The notes: a model not told the origin generated them from the sequence alone. A stretch of DNA of 64,000 bases from Octopus vulgaris (GCA_951406725.2 OX597827.1:45198001-45262000), one strand, 5' to 3'. Shown: positions 1 to 13,665, counted from the stretch's first letter. Numbers and translations are program-made.

Positions 1-47
1 GATGTTGGAGGGTGGGGGGACAGACACAGACACACAGACACACAAAC

Positions 48-94
<47 letters not shown>

Positions 95-226
95 TACGAT
101 GGACATCTTTCAAGTTCCGGCTACCAAATCCACTCACAAGGTTATAGTAGAAGACACTTGCCCAAGGTGCCACTCAGTGGGACTGAACCCAGAACCATGA
201 GGCTGGTAAGCAAGCTACTTAGCACA
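1..226 (-). mobile_element. SINE family A, partial
   Basis: Reverse complement of the 2094 copy's 5' half. Confidence 0.85.
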
Positions 227-284
227 CACCCACTCAAACACACTCATATATGTATTTGTATGCGTGTATCTATCTATTTATCTA

Positions 285-668
285 TCAACTGGTGCTTATT
301 TTATCAACTCCGAAAGAATAAATGGTAAAGTTGACGTCAGGGGAATTTGAACCCAGAACGCAAAGCGACGAAATGCCACTAAACATTTCCCTCGGCGTCC
401 TAACGATTCTGCCATCTCACCGCCTAATCACCAATCTAACAATAATAAGAATTCTTCCTAATTTTGGCACAAAATTGGCAATTTTGAGGTGGGGAAACAA
501 GTCGATTACATCGAGCCTAGTGTTTGAGTGGTACTTTATTTTATCGATCCCGAAAGGATGAAAGGCAAAGGTTACTTCGACGGGATTTGAACCGATAACA
601 CAAAGAGCTGGAAGTAACGCTGCTAAGCGTTTTGTTCGACGCTCTAACGATTCCGTCAGCTCGCAGCC
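285..668 (-). mobile_element. Two tandem diverged copies of tRNA-derived SINE family B
   Basis: Each has the block GAAAGGATGAAAGGCAAAGTCGACCTCGGCGGAATTTGAAC (minus-strand B box GTTCAAATTCC) and a GGCGAGCTGGCAGAATCG-like head. Confidence 0.75.
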
Positions 669-827
669 TCATCCACAGTATCAACAGCAGCAGCAGCAGC
701 AGCAACAACGACAACAACAACAACAACAACAACAGCAGCAGCAGCAACAACAACAACACTAATAACAACAACAACACTAATAACAGCAACAATAACAGTG
801 TCAGCAACAATAACAACAACCACCACC

Positions 828-904
<77 letters not shown>

Positions 905-1421
905 ATTACATTATTAAAAACAACTTCATTAGCACGGTCGCCGTCATCAACAAGTAGTAGTGAACAGTACCAGCTCTCCCCCACCAGCACATCTCCTCCA
1001 CAGCCAACAGAAACAGGTAATTACTTTGAAGCCAGCCAATAGTTTTAATGTTAGCCTGTTTGAAAGCCGAGAACCACATTTGTACTGGGTACTTAAGTGG
1101 AGACGTTTGATATTACAATACACAACCTGAGTAGTATTGATTTCTAGCGTGTTTCTTTTGTTTGTTTGCATGTTTTCTTTGATTCTAGCTCCTCACTAGG
1201 TCGCAATGTAAAAAAACAAACAACAAAAAACAAAAGACAAACAATAAAAACAACGAAAAATCTCAGAAAAGAACAGTGTTTGTAGCTCGAGATGATGGTG
1301 ACTAGAGCAGAGAGCAATGTTTCATATCCGGTTCAGCGTCCGACCTCGCCACTGAGCTGGCATAACTGAGCTGTGCTTGTGTCACAAAGAGAATCGAGTT
1401 TGACAGCTTAATCTTATCACT

Positions 1422-1628
1422 GAGTAATGTGGAAACGAGTCTGGAACTAAGTAATGTGGAAACAAGTAATGTGGAAACTGAGTAATATGGAAACGAGTCT
1501 GGAACCAAGTAATGTGGAAACGAGTAATGTGGAAACTGAGTAATGTGGAAACGAGTCTGGAACCAAATAATGTGGAAACGAGTAATGTGGAAACTGAGTA
1601 ATGTGGAAACGAGTCTGGGACCGAGTCT
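1422..1628. repeat. Higher-order minisatellite, 58-bp period built from 12-16-bp monomers
   Basis: Units start at 1422, 1480, 1538 and 1596; monomer (G/A)AGTAATGTGGAAAC plus GAGTCTGGAAC. Confidence 0.9.
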
Positions 1629-2074
1629 CTGCTGTGTAACTTGACAGAAACTCAGACGACATACTCAGTCTGGTTTCATCATCGAGCAAGACATAGCTGA
1701 GTTGTGCTGAGTCACCGACAGAACGACACTCGACAGTCCGATCTTGTAATTGAGCAACGTGTAAACTGAGCCTGTGTGGTGTCGTTGATCGAAACACACT
1801 TACCAGTCAGATCTCATTAATGTGTCAGTAGTAACTGAGCTGTGCTGTGCGACTGAGGGAATGACATTTGACAATCCGATACCGTAACCGAACAACGTGT
1901 AACTGAGTGTGTGCTGAGCAACTGAAAGAAACACGACTTGATTGTTAAGTGTTCACAAGACTCAACTCAAAATGGCTTTAATCTTAATTGTTGTGCAATG
2001 GAAATCAAAAAGCAAAACAAAAACAGCAAAAAAGCAGACACAAACCTACTGGCAAACTTCGTATGGAAAGTTAA

Positions 2075-2256
2075 CCTTTTGTTACCATGTTATAGGCGTA
2101 GGAGTGGCTGTGTGGTAAGTAGCTTGCTCACGAACCACATGGTTCCGGGTTCAGTCCCACTGCGTGGCACCTTGGGCATGTGTCTTCTACTATAGCCTCG
2201 GGCCGACCACAGCCTTGTGAGTGGATTTGGTAAACGGAAACTGAAAGAAGCCTGTC

Positions 2257-2328
<72 letters not shown>

Positions 2329-2740
2329 GTATGTGTGTGTGTGTGTGTGTGTATGTTTGTGTGTCTGTATCTGTCCCCCAACATCGCTTGACAACCGATG
2401 CTGGTGTGTTTACGTCCCCGTAACTTAATAGAATAAGTACTAGACTTACAAAGAATAAGTCCTGGCGTCGATTTGCTCGACTAAAGGCGGTGCTCCAGTA
2501 TGGCCGCAGTCAAATGATTGAAACAAGTAAAAGAGTATGTTGAAGAACACTGCCATTATTTTGATTTTTTAATTAATTCTGAAAATAACGAAGAATTTAC
2601 TGAAATAATTTTGTCATTATTAAGTTGGTGTTTCAACATAAATAATATTATGATGGGACGTTCTAATCTAGATTGCTTTAAATCATGAAATTTGTACCAG
2701 AGAACCAAGGGAAGTCTGGGGCAGACTGGTATTAAAAGGG
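2075..2740. mobile_element. piggyBac-like MITE with a SINE inserted near its left end
   Basis: TTAA|CCTTTTGTTACCA ... TGGTATTAAAAGGG|TTAA. Confidence 0.6.
2094..2535 (+). mobile_element. tRNA-derived SINE family A, full length with internal (TA)n/(TG)n
   Basis: A-box-like GTGGCTGTGTGG, B-box-like GGTTCAGTCCC, 3' end GAAACAAGTAAAAGAG; at least 10 related copies in the window. Confidence 0.9.
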
Positions 2741-3640
2741 TTAAAAATTACTGGCAGACTTAAACGTGTTTGATACACTTCATACAGAAAGTTAATATTT
2801 ATTGCCACACTTAGTGTAGGAAATTAAAAACAAATATTTTAAATGAAAATCTTGAAAAATATATAAAAAACTATTGCTTATTATATTTAATTAGTCATAT
2901 CTATTTATAACAAAATTTTGAATGAGGCATTTCTTTTGAAGACGATCAGATATTTGTGTAGATTTTCTAAAGAACTAAATTATATATATTAAAGATCTGA
3001 GGTACATCCACATAAATTTTACGACTTAGTTTCACTGTGTATATGTATGTATATATGTTTATATGTATGTATGTATTATGTATATATGTATGCATGTCTC
3101 TTCTATTTTTTAATTATTATAAATTTTCCACTAAGGAGGGAGCAGGTTTCCAACAAAGATATAATGCTCCATCTTTGGGATGTAATTAAAACAGACAAAT
3201 TCACATTTGGAACTTGAGAAAAGTCTTGCATATTTTTACTGTTCCACTCACAGATTGCACTTGTAATGTACGAATCAGCCGGTCAATTTCTCTTTCTAAA
3301 AATCCCAGTTTATCCAGATTCTCCTTTAAGCATTTACTGACAAGACCGAGTGTCCAATTATTATTGATATAAATATGAATTCATAGCCTGGATATAGAAG
3401 CTGGAGGTTTCGAAGTAGTTGTCCATAAATATCCTATTTTTCTTTGATTTTCAAAGATATTTATATCTGCAGGGTAGCTGACCTCTATGACGGTACACAC
3501 TTTTGCCCCTCTGTCCCAAACAACAATATCCATCCTGTAATGTTTACATTTGACAGAAGTTTTGATGGGAATATTCCACCTGTATTCCTTGAGTTGGTGC
3601 TTATAAATGTATTCCACAACAGAGGGGTTTTCTAAGTTTA

Positions 3641-4843
3641 CTAGTGTACCCGTGCCGTCAGAAATGACAGCCTGAAAATGATACAGAAAATAAAATAAAA
3701 TTAAAAAAACTTTACAACCTTTACAAACCCTACCAGCAATGAGTTCACCTTGTTTTGGTTGGTCCGTTTCAGTATTAATTAATTCTTCCATTCTTCTTCT
3801 CGATATTCTCTCCCTTTCGATTTCTCTTCTTTGTGCTTCTTCCTCTTCCGTTTCATCTTGTCGCCTTTGCAATGCTCTCGTTTTTAGATACTCTCTCCTC
3901 ACTGCTGCTTGCTCTTCTGTTTTATCTTGGGGCTTTTGTGCTGCTCTCTCTCTCTCTCTTTGGATATCTCCTCTTTGTGCAATTCGGTGCTCCTTTTCAT
4001 TTTGACGTCTTCGAGTCTGTCTTCTTGAGTCTTGCACTCATCTCCCTTGTCTCGCTTCTTGTGATTGATTTAATAGCCTTAATGTATTGTTCAATCTTCT
4101 TGCGTCCAGTTCTTCCTGAGTGAGACTGGCTGTTCTTCGCCTTTGTCTCTCTCTCTGGCTAACCGTCGCCCTCTGTCTGATTCATTCTTCATAGCAGGTG
4201 GATGAGTATTTTTAATGCAACGGAACACAAACTTCTAAACAAATGAGTATATTTGTGTGTGCATGTGTGTGAGTGTACGTTAGTTTATTCATATTTCTAT
4301 ACAAAGACCAAAATTACACAGGATTACATTAACAGTATTCACACATACTTATTTTTTTCCAGCAACGTCTACATGTTATCTATCTCTGTTTGTCTGTTTC
4401 TGTCTGTCTGTTTGTCTCTCTTTCTCTCTTTACCTCCTGGAATGGAAAAAGATCTTCAAGACAAACTTCACTGCCTTGGCAAAATTCTTCATTCATACAT
4501 ATTTACAAACATCACCGTATCAGCAAGTATTTGTTAATATTTATTATTACCTTCCTTTTATATTTAGCTTTCTTTAAACAGACAATATTATCAAGCTTTC
4601 TTTAAACAGACCAATATTTTAATTTTATGACTTTAAAAATTACTTCTTATTTACTCATCTTACATTCTATTAACTTCACAACTTTTTAAGCAGAAAAATC
4701 TTCCAGAACAGTGAAACATCCATAGAGATATAGAAAAAAATAATTTTGAGGTACAAAAATCTTATTTACTTATCTTATATATTGTTATTAATGTTTACCA
4801 GAAAAATCAGCATTCATCGAATAGAAATGAAAATGTTATTGTT

Positions 4844-4890
<47 letters not shown>

Positions 4891-5039
4891 TGTGTGTGAG
4901 AGGTACTGTTTGATACCACTCCCTCTCTCATTGTTATTACCATTTTGTATCTCCTCTTTTATTAACTCTTACTTACACTGTTACACCCTTATTGCGTGAT
5001 TTTGGACAAACTTACAAACAAGCTCATTATTATAATAGA
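3641..5039 (-). mobile_element. Non-autonomous Helitron (internal deletion derivative)
   Basis: 5' A|TCTATTATAATAATGAGC at 5039. 3' hairpin GCTGTCA-tttc-TGACGGC (3654-3671) followed by CTAG|T at 3641. No TSD. Removing it rejoins the host LINE reading frame. Confidence 0.85.
3700..4192 (-). pseudogene. R/E/Q-rich helical repeat ORF remnant resembling the N-terminus of Helitron Rep/helicase proteins
   Basis: ATG at 4192: MKNESDRGRRLARERQRRR...ETEEEEAQRREIERERISRRR, with one in-frame stop at 4038-4040. It lies inside the Helitron termini. The family assignment is by resemblance only. Confidence 0.55.
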
Positions 5040-5744
5040 TTCCAGGACATACATGTATGTATGTATGTATGTATGTATGTATGTATGTATGTATTGTCTT
5101 TTACATGTTTCAGTCATTGGACTGTGACCATGCTGGGGCACCGCCTTGAAAGAAATTAAGATAACACAGGAATAAATGATTATCTTATGAACTTCATTAG
5201 CTTACAGTTGTTTCTGCCATAGGATGCAGTTCATAAGGTAATTGCTTATTCCTTTATTCTATTTGAATTTCTTATTACCGCTCTGTACTCGACTTACACT
5301 TCGCTCTGAAGCATATGTGTACTGAATTCTACGCCAGATAATTAGTATCACAATGTCTAAGTGAAATGTGTTTGTACACACACACACACACACACACATT
5401 GTCTTGTAAACTGATGCCCTAATTCGTTGTCCAGCGACAAAATATTTCAACCATATATATTCCAAGTACTATAACTGTTTCCTTTCGAAAAGTTCACAGT
5501 CAGCATGGATGAAACCGGTTACATGTAAGTTAAAAAGATCTTATATATTTAAATCAAATATTACACTTGTTTTTGTTTCTTTACTTTATCTAAAAATATT
5601 ACAATAATTCCCTTTGTATTATTGTGTATTTTCATCCATTTTTTTGTTTATATAACAAAACCTGTAAAGAGACACCTAACCACTTTACGTATTATACAAA
5701 ATAATATGCATGAGTGGGCCTTTTCGTTTGGACTCTTTTATTTA

Positions 5745-5978
5745 CAGTAATCCCTCGCCATATCGCGGGTCATTTATCGCGGGTCATCTATCGCGGTATA
5801 TTATTTAAGCTTACGTCTATTCCTCCGTAGTGTTGCTTTGAATTTATAATAAAATAAATATATACAAATTATAAAAATAAAAAAAAAAAATACAATACAG
5901 TACTGTTTCTACTTTGTTGTTTTCACCTATCGCGGGGGATTTGGGAACGTAACACCCACGATAATTGAGGGTTAGCTG
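5745..5978. mobile_element. pogo/Tigger-like MITE
   Basis: TA|CAGTAATCCCTCG...TGAGGGTTAGCTG|TA imperfect TIRs with repeated internal TATCGCGG motifs. Confidence 0.75.
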
Positions 5979-6252
5979 TATATTTAATTTTTTTTCCTAA
6001 CGGCATTTCGAAGTCGACTTTGCCTTTTATCCTTTCGGAGTCGATAAAATAAGTACCAGTGATACACTTACCCCGACCCCCGAACTTGCTGGCTTTGTGC
6101 TAAAATTTGAAATCAATGTTATCAAGGGCGTTCTAACTATGACTATCTCGTCTTTTTTTCATAGAATAGTATATCTAGGACTATATTATTACATGTCTGC
6201 TCTTCAAGTGATTACATCAATAGCTGTATCACTATCCTACGGTTTCTTGCGG

Positions 6253-6319
<67 letters not shown>

Positions 6320-6494
6320 GAGAGAGAGAATAATCGTTTCTATAGACACAAGGCTTGAAATTGTGGAGGAGGGCGCTAGTTGATTACATCGACTCCGGTG
6401 TTTCACTGGTACTTAATTTATCGACCCCGAATGGATGAAAGGCAAATTCGACCTCGGCGTCCAGCGTGCTAACGATTCTACCAGCTCGCCGTCT

Positions 6495-6581
<87 letters not shown>

Positions 6582-7152
6582 GCATTACTAATAGATGTTT
6601 CTTAGATGCAAGAAGTAGGAGGTAAATGTCGATACTTATCTGACCCAGACGGGTTGCTGTTTGAAGGTATTAAAGCATACTGTGGTGTGGTTCGGAAAAC
6701 TGGGATATATTGCTGGGGAGAGGGAGAGAGAAAGAGAGAGAAAGAGAAAGAGAGAAAGAGGGGGAGAGAGGCAAAGAAGGAGAGAAATAGAGCTGGAGAG
6801 AGTTGGAAGAGTTTAGTAATTGTAGGAAATTAGCTTTGGAGCAATAGTAATGCTTTTCACTGCCAGAATGAATAAAATAAAATAAAATAAAATAAAATAA
6901 AACATTTTCACAATTCGAAATATTTTTTTTTTCACCTTTAACATTTTTATTTATCTTTGACCAAAAATCAAATTGCGACAGAAGATTAATAAGAAAAGAA
7001 ATGCCGGATATATGAAACATTATTTCTTGTGAAATCTGTTATGTAATCAGAAAATATTGGTGAAATGTGACACAATTGTAGCGTTTCTTTTTTTGTTTTT
7101 GGTGTATAAGATATACGTGCGTGAACGTTATTCGATAATTCTGTTTTTGCAG

Positions 7153-7310
<158 letters not shown>

Positions 7311-8026
7311 TTTTTAATTTTTTTTTTATTAAAAAAATTTTTTTTTTGAAAACTTATACGTTGACTTATGACGAGATCTTTTGTAAAGTGTGAAACACAA
7401 CACGAGAAATTTGATGAGATTTCGCGAGATGAAATGCTAGAAGATCTTTTGTGAAGTACCTACAAATTTCATTTCATGTCTTTCTTTTCTTTTTATTTTA
7501 TTTTATTTTCCACATAAAATGTCATTGATAAAACAGGAATATTTGTGATGTGCATGGAATATATAGCGTTAGAAATTTTACGAGAGATAACGAAATGTCA
7601 AGACCCTATTTTTAACGGTGGTGTTCCATTCTGTGTGGAAATACGAAAAGAAAACCTGACTGAAAAATTGACAAGAGGACAAGATATTGTTTCGTGAAGT
7701 GCGTGAAATAGGAGAATTTTTTAATATTTTTACGTAAAGTGATTTTAATATGTGAAATACAGGAAAATTGGTTGGGATATATGCAAGACATATTTTTTTA
7801 CATGGAGTGACAGGTTGACAAGGAATATTTTCAAGTGTGTGTAGAATATTAATACAAGAAAATATTTAACAAAATGGTACGGCTCACAATGAAACGTCTT
7901 TTGAAGTGTTCACTTGGAAAAAATTATTTTAATTAATTAATCAGTTAATTAATTGCTTAATGATGTTCGCAACCACATCAAAGAAGGTTAAGATATTGGA
8001 TTTAATTACGTTAGGTTTCTGTGAAG

Positions 8027-8283
8027 TGGAGACGCGCGGCTTAGTAGTTAGGATGTTGAACTCATGATCGTGAGGTTATGGTTTCGATTCCTGAACCGGG
8101 CGATGTGTTGTGTTCTTGAGCAAAACATTTAATTTCACGTTGCTCTAGTCCACTCAGCTGGCAAAAATGAGTAATCCGGCAACGGACCGGCGTCCCGTCC
8201 AGGTGGGGAATTTCTACGCCACTGAAACCGAGAAACCGGCCCTTATGAGCCTGGCATGGCTCGAGAAGGAACGTTTATTTTAT
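8027..8283 (+). mobile_element. SINE related to family C (CORE-like body)
   Basis: tRNA head GGCTTAGTAG...GGTTTCGATTCC, body TGTGTTCTTGAGCAAAACA, family C tail. Confidence 0.8.
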
Positions 8284-9050
8284 GTTTCTGTGAAACAGGT
8301 ATGTCTGTGTGGTGAAGCGTGGCACTGGATTAGCCAAGGAACGATAGAACGGATTGCAACATTTAGTTACACCCGTTTACGTTTCGAGTTCAAATTCCGT
8401 CTTAATCAACTTCCGTTTTTTTCCCTTCAAAGGTAAATACAATAAATACCGGGCGAAGTAACTGGAGGTTGACATAATTGACTAAATCCCTTCCTTATTT
8501 GAATGAGATGCTCCAGCATGACTGCAGTCTAATAGCTAAAACTAGTAAAATAATTAAAGGCATAAGTACATCGTCTAGAAATAGTAGTAGAGGGATACTT
8601 TGTTGTTATCAATCACATTGAAAAGTGAGACCCTCCAAACACCCCCATCTTACAAGATAAGCAATTAACAAAAACAAAACAGATTTATGTTGATGTGCTT
8701 TGTAAAAAAACATAAAGTCACATTTTGAGACCGCTTTGTTGTCGGAGAAGAAAAAGACAATTATATTCGCATTATATTCATGTACATGCGTTAGTGGTCA
8801 AATGTAGAGTTTCTAATAGAAGAGTCGGTTCCTCTGGGCGTCTGTGTTGATTGAAAAGAGATGGAGGAAGGAAATTGCAATGCATAATAAAATTAAGATG
8901 GCTTTAAGCTGGTTTGTCTTGTCTAACAAGACGAAACAAAAAAAAAAAGAAAGAAAAAAGAAGAATTATATGGGTGTAAAACCTTTTGTGTTCTCATTAA
9001 TAATGATGGAAATATGATAAATGTTTAACTAATATATACGCATATCTCTT

Positions 9051-9098
<48 letters not shown>

Positions 9099-9169
9099 GA
9101 AAGATAGATAGATAGATAAATAGATAGATAGATAGAGAGAGAGAGAATGAAAGAGGTATGTGTATATGT

Positions 9170-9537
9170 TTCAATCGTTGGACTGCGGCCGAGCTGGGGC
9201 ATCGCCTGAAAAGGTTTTAGTCCAACAAATCGACCAAAGTACTTCTGTTATTCCAAGTCTGGTACTTTATTCTATCAGGAGCTTGTGACGAAGTGCTATG
9301 TTAGGGCAACTGAATCAAACCTTGACCGCTTGATAAACGATGTGAGGAGGACAATCACACACACACACACACACACACACACATGCGCACGAAGGGGCTC
9401 CCATACAGTTTCCGTCTACGAGATTCACTTACAAAGAATTGGTTGCCCAAGATACCACGCAGTAGTAGAGGGACTTAACCCGAAATCACGTGCTTGCTAA
9501 GAGAGCTTCTAAATAATACAGCGATGCTTGCGCCTAG
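9170..9537 (-). mobile_element. Old, diverged SINE family A copy
   Basis: Degenerate matches to head, body and tail blocks. Confidence 0.65.
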
Positions 9538-9686
9538 CATAATATACACACATACGTACACACACACATACACACACACACACACACATAGTTAATGCGA
9601 GGGTATCTTACCCTCAAAAGGGATAATTATATCCGAAATCCGAAATTTCACTGGTTTAATCACCAACACCGTCGGGGAATTTCTCT

Positions 9687-9749
<63 letters not shown>

Positions 9750-9896
9750 GATAATAATAAATAATTTACAATTATATATTGAACTGAATTGAAACGTACG
9801 TAAGCTTTATTTTGGGAGTATGTTAATAAATTAATTTTATATCCTTACCAACTCGTCATTATTCTTCTTTAATCATAAATACACCCACGCCCGCAC

Positions 9897-9963
<67 letters not shown>

Positions 9964-10132
9964 CATATATATAGCTGACAGAATCGTTAACACGTCGGAT
10001 AAAATGTTTCGCTGCATTTATTCTGGATGTACGTTCTGACTTCAAATTTCGTGGAGTTAAGTAGTGGGAACGATGTAATAAGACATCTTACTCCCCTGGA
10101 ATTGCTGTGTATGTGTGTGTACGAGTGCACGC

Positions 10133-10184
<52 letters not shown>

Positions 10185-10599
10185 GGAGAGACAACTTTAT
10201 CCTTTCTATTTTCGAGTGTGTCGTCAACCTTCACTTTCTCATTTTGAAAAAAGCCAAGCGTACGAAACGTTGTATTTTTTTTCTCGTCACAGCAAATTGA
10301 GCAGAAATGATATATTTTTTGTATTGCGAACAGACAGTTGGATGTCTTAGTAAATTGAAATGACTTTTTTTGATCATGCATCAAGTTATCTGATTGCTTA
10401 TCATCACTATCGCACAGCGTCAACATTTCATCATATGAGCGATATTCCACCTGTGACCGTCTCGCTTACTTTCCCTCATGCATAAAACATCAGCCAAGGA
10501 CTGCATTAACCGATGCTTTGAGATCAGTGCACATTATGGCTTTCCCTTTGCAAGATGCATGATACTGATTCATTACAGTTAGTAGTAGTAGTGGTAGTT

Positions 10600-10631
<32 letters not shown>

Positions 10632-10847
10632 TGTTTTAATAGTTGTGGTTGTTAAAATAGTAATCTTGGTGATAGTGTTGCCAGTGGTATTGTCAGCAGT
10701 GACGTTAGACATGTTGGCAGAGGCGTTTGTTGGTTATTGTTCGGTGGCGGTGATGGTGTCGTTGGCATTGTTGTTAGCAATGGTCTTGGTGGTAGTGGTA
10801 TAGCCGGTGGTGCTGGCTGTTATGATTGATGGTGGCCAACTGTTGGC

Positions 10848-10889
<42 letters not shown>

Positions 10890-10930
10890 CGATCGATCGA
10901 CCGATCGAGAAAACAGCCAATACATGAGGA

Positions 10931-11096
10931 AGAAAAGAGAGAGAGAGAGAGATAGAGATTGAAATAGAGAGAGGGAGAGAGGGAAAGAGAGAAAGGGAGA
11001 GAGAGAAAGAGAGAGAGATTGAAATAGAGAGAGGGAGAGAGGGAAAGAGAGAAAGGGAGAAGAGAAAGAGAGAGAGAGAAAGAGAGAGAGAGAAAG

Positions 11097-11127
<31 letters not shown>

Positions 11128-11186
11128 GATTGAAATAGAGAGAGGGAGAGAGGGAAAGAGAGAAAGGGAGAGAGAGAAAGAGAAAG

Positions 11187-11220
<34 letters not shown>
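10931..11220. repeat. GA-rich tract with three ~55-60-bp super-units
   Basis: AGAGATTGAAATAGAGAGAGGGAGAGAGGGAAAGAGAGAAAGGGAG occurs three times. Confidence 0.85.
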
Positions 11221-11225
<5 letters not shown>

Positions 11226-11445
11226 TTTCCGATGGCTGAGTGTCAGAAATCGAAACCTTACATCCATCGACAACAGTATTCCGGTGCAGACGTTGCCACC
11301 CAATCACCCAACCAAACATCCACCCCCACCTAGCCACCTACAAACCTCACGTATCCAACGCCGACCCCCACCCACAATCAGTAACTCTTTGACTCATTAA
11401 CTCTTTCTGTCTCTCAATCAGTAACCCACTCACACACTCATATAT

Positions 11446-11512
<67 letters not shown>

Positions 11513-12197
11513 TACATCCGCAATCGCTCACTCACTCACTCACTCTACACTCACTCTACACTCACGAGTTGCTCACCTCCTAACTCACATACTCTCCCTC
11601 CCCATCTCTCTTCACTCACTATCTCACTCACTCCCTCTCTTCCTCCCTCCCTCTCTTCCTCCCTCCCTCATCCACATGCTCTCTCACTCTCTCACACACA
11701 TACACACGCACATTGGGAGACTCACAGATAGTCGCATACACTCACACACTCTCTCACAATACATTCACGCACTCAAGCAATCACACTCGCACTCGCACTC
11801 GCGCTCGTCATTGCCGTCAGTAACAATCAGCCACCTCGGGTCTTCACCACTCCTTCCACACCTCACTCTTCCTGAGACACTCTTCTTTCGCATCCACTAC
11901 ACACTCCTTCCCCCCACCCTACCCTCCACCACATATTAACATCTCCCCACCTTCATCACTTCCACTCCATCGCCATCTCTGATATCGAACCTGGACACCC
12001 AACGCTCGCCATAATAATGAAGTTTCCGGTGCGTGTTCGAATGAAATTGAAAGCAAATACACACATACATGTGCCGAGTGCTTGAGCATGTATGTATGTA
12101 TGTATGTATGTATGTATGTATGTATGTATGTATGTATGTATGTATGTATGTATATATGCATGTATGTATGTATGTATGTATGTATGTATGTATGTGG

Positions 12198-12228
<31 letters not shown>

Positions 12229-12442
12229 CATACACACACACACACACACACAAGCACATGCGCACACACATATATATATTTTGTTATTCATTCGCTGGTT
12301 TCAGCTATCGGTCCCCGGCCATGCTGGGGCACCGCCTTGAGGGGGTTTAGTCGATCGTATCGATCCCCATTTATTGTTTCAGTCAGATACATATTTTATC
12401 GATTACTATTTGTCGAATTTCTAAAGTATATGAGCTAACGTA

Positions 12443-12488
<46 letters not shown>

Positions 12489-12955
12489 CAAATTAAATGT
12501 GTGGCTTATTAGCAATTTGAGCCTGAAGAAGGGTACTCACTAGTGCCACTATTGCTAGAAATAAGAGTTAAAATAACTCAAAAGCCACAAAGCACTGTAC
12601 TTAATGACTGACAAAAGGAGGTAGGTCCCCAGCATATATAGCCAGATCAAATGATTTCGGATTTTTATGCATAGCATAGTGGTTTATTAGTAATTTGAAC
12701 CTAAAGACAAAATTAATAGAGTTCACAAAAGTGACAAAGTCTTTGTCAGTCATTAAGATAGTGGTTTGTGGCTTTCGAGTTATTTTAACTCTTATTTCTA
12801 GCAACCGTGGTGCTAGTCAGTACCCCCTGTCACTTTTGTGACCTCTGTTTATATATATATGACTTCTGGCCGAAATCAGATCGCCATGTTGATTCGCTAG
12901 CCTCTGCACGCATTTTTTTCTCTCCTTGTTTCTTTCTGTGTTTCTTTTCTGTGTA

Positions 12956-12993
12956 TCTTTCTGTAGAAGAGCGTAGGCTCGAAACGTAAAAGA
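12956..12993 (+). ncRNA. Minimal hammerhead-like motif with A6U core variant
   Basis: TCTTT-CTGTAGA-A-GAGC-gtag-GCTC-GAAA-CG-TA-AAAGA; stems I and II pair perfectly. Confidence 0.55.
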
Positions 12994-13283
12994 CTTGTTT
13001 TATTTATATTCCTGAGCGCCATACTAATACAATTGTTTGTTTGTATTCCACCTGCCTTCGTCTTTTGTTTATTTTCATAAAGCTTCCCGTTATATATATA
13101 TATATATATATATACATATATATCCCCAGCATGGCCACAGTCAAATGACTAAAACAAGTAAAAGTAAAAGTAAGTAAAGTATATATATAAAATCAATCCA
13201 GACATGAACAAGCAAGAAAAAACAACAACGCGGAATAAATACAGTGTTATTGGACGCTCAGGAAAGGAAAGAAAAGAAAGAGG

Positions 13284-13318
13284 ACTTCACGTTTCGAGCG
13301 GAGCTTTTCGTCAGAAAT
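13284..13318 (-). ncRNA. Degenerate minimal hammerhead (copy of the 45310 family)
   Basis: Minus strand ATTT-CTGACGA-A-AAGC-tcc-GCTC-GAAAC-GTG-AAGT; the GUG triplet is expected to be non-cleaving. Confidence 0.55.
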
Positions 13319-13665
13319 ATAGAAAAAGTCCAAAGAAGGGAAGACGGAGAAAGGAAATCGCCAACGATACACACGCGGTCACATATATATATATATATAT
13401 ATTCGACGGAATTTGAACTCAGAACATAAAGACGGACGAAATGTCGCTAAGCATTTTACTCGGCGCGCTAAATATTCTACCAGCTCGTCGCCTTAATAAC
13501 AACAACAACAACAACAACATTAATTACAAAAGCAATAACATTAATTCTTAATATAGGCACAAAATGTGGGATTTGAGAGGCGGGGCTTAGCCGATTAGAC
13601 CAATGCCATTGTTTGTAATTTATCGACGCAGTAAAGATGGCAGACATAGCTAACCACAGCGGAGT

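Larger units (their letters stand above)
3095..5049 (-). mobile_element. 3' fragment of an RLE-type (R4/Dong-like) non-LTR retrotransposon, split by the Helitron (LINE parts 3095-3640 and 5040-5049)
   Basis: WNIPIKTSVKCKHYRMDIVVWD...CTVIEVSYPADINI...YGQLLRNLQLLYPGY...SVSGTVKICKTF (degenerate PD-(D/E)xK restriction-like endonuclease). (TATG)n flanks both ends. Confidence 0.85.

Noticed and set aside
1422-1628. CRISPR-like appearance of repeated ...GTGGAAAC units
   Set aside because: No unique spacers, monomers of 12-16 bp, eukaryotic context and no cas genes.
3381-4037. 218-aa ORF as a host gene
   Set aside because: It is a chance fusion of Helitron and LINE remnants.
10088-10450. Minus-strand ORF after a CAG, a possible ICL3 exon of the GPCR
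   Set aside because: No polypyrimidine tract, no clear donor and no recognisable motif.
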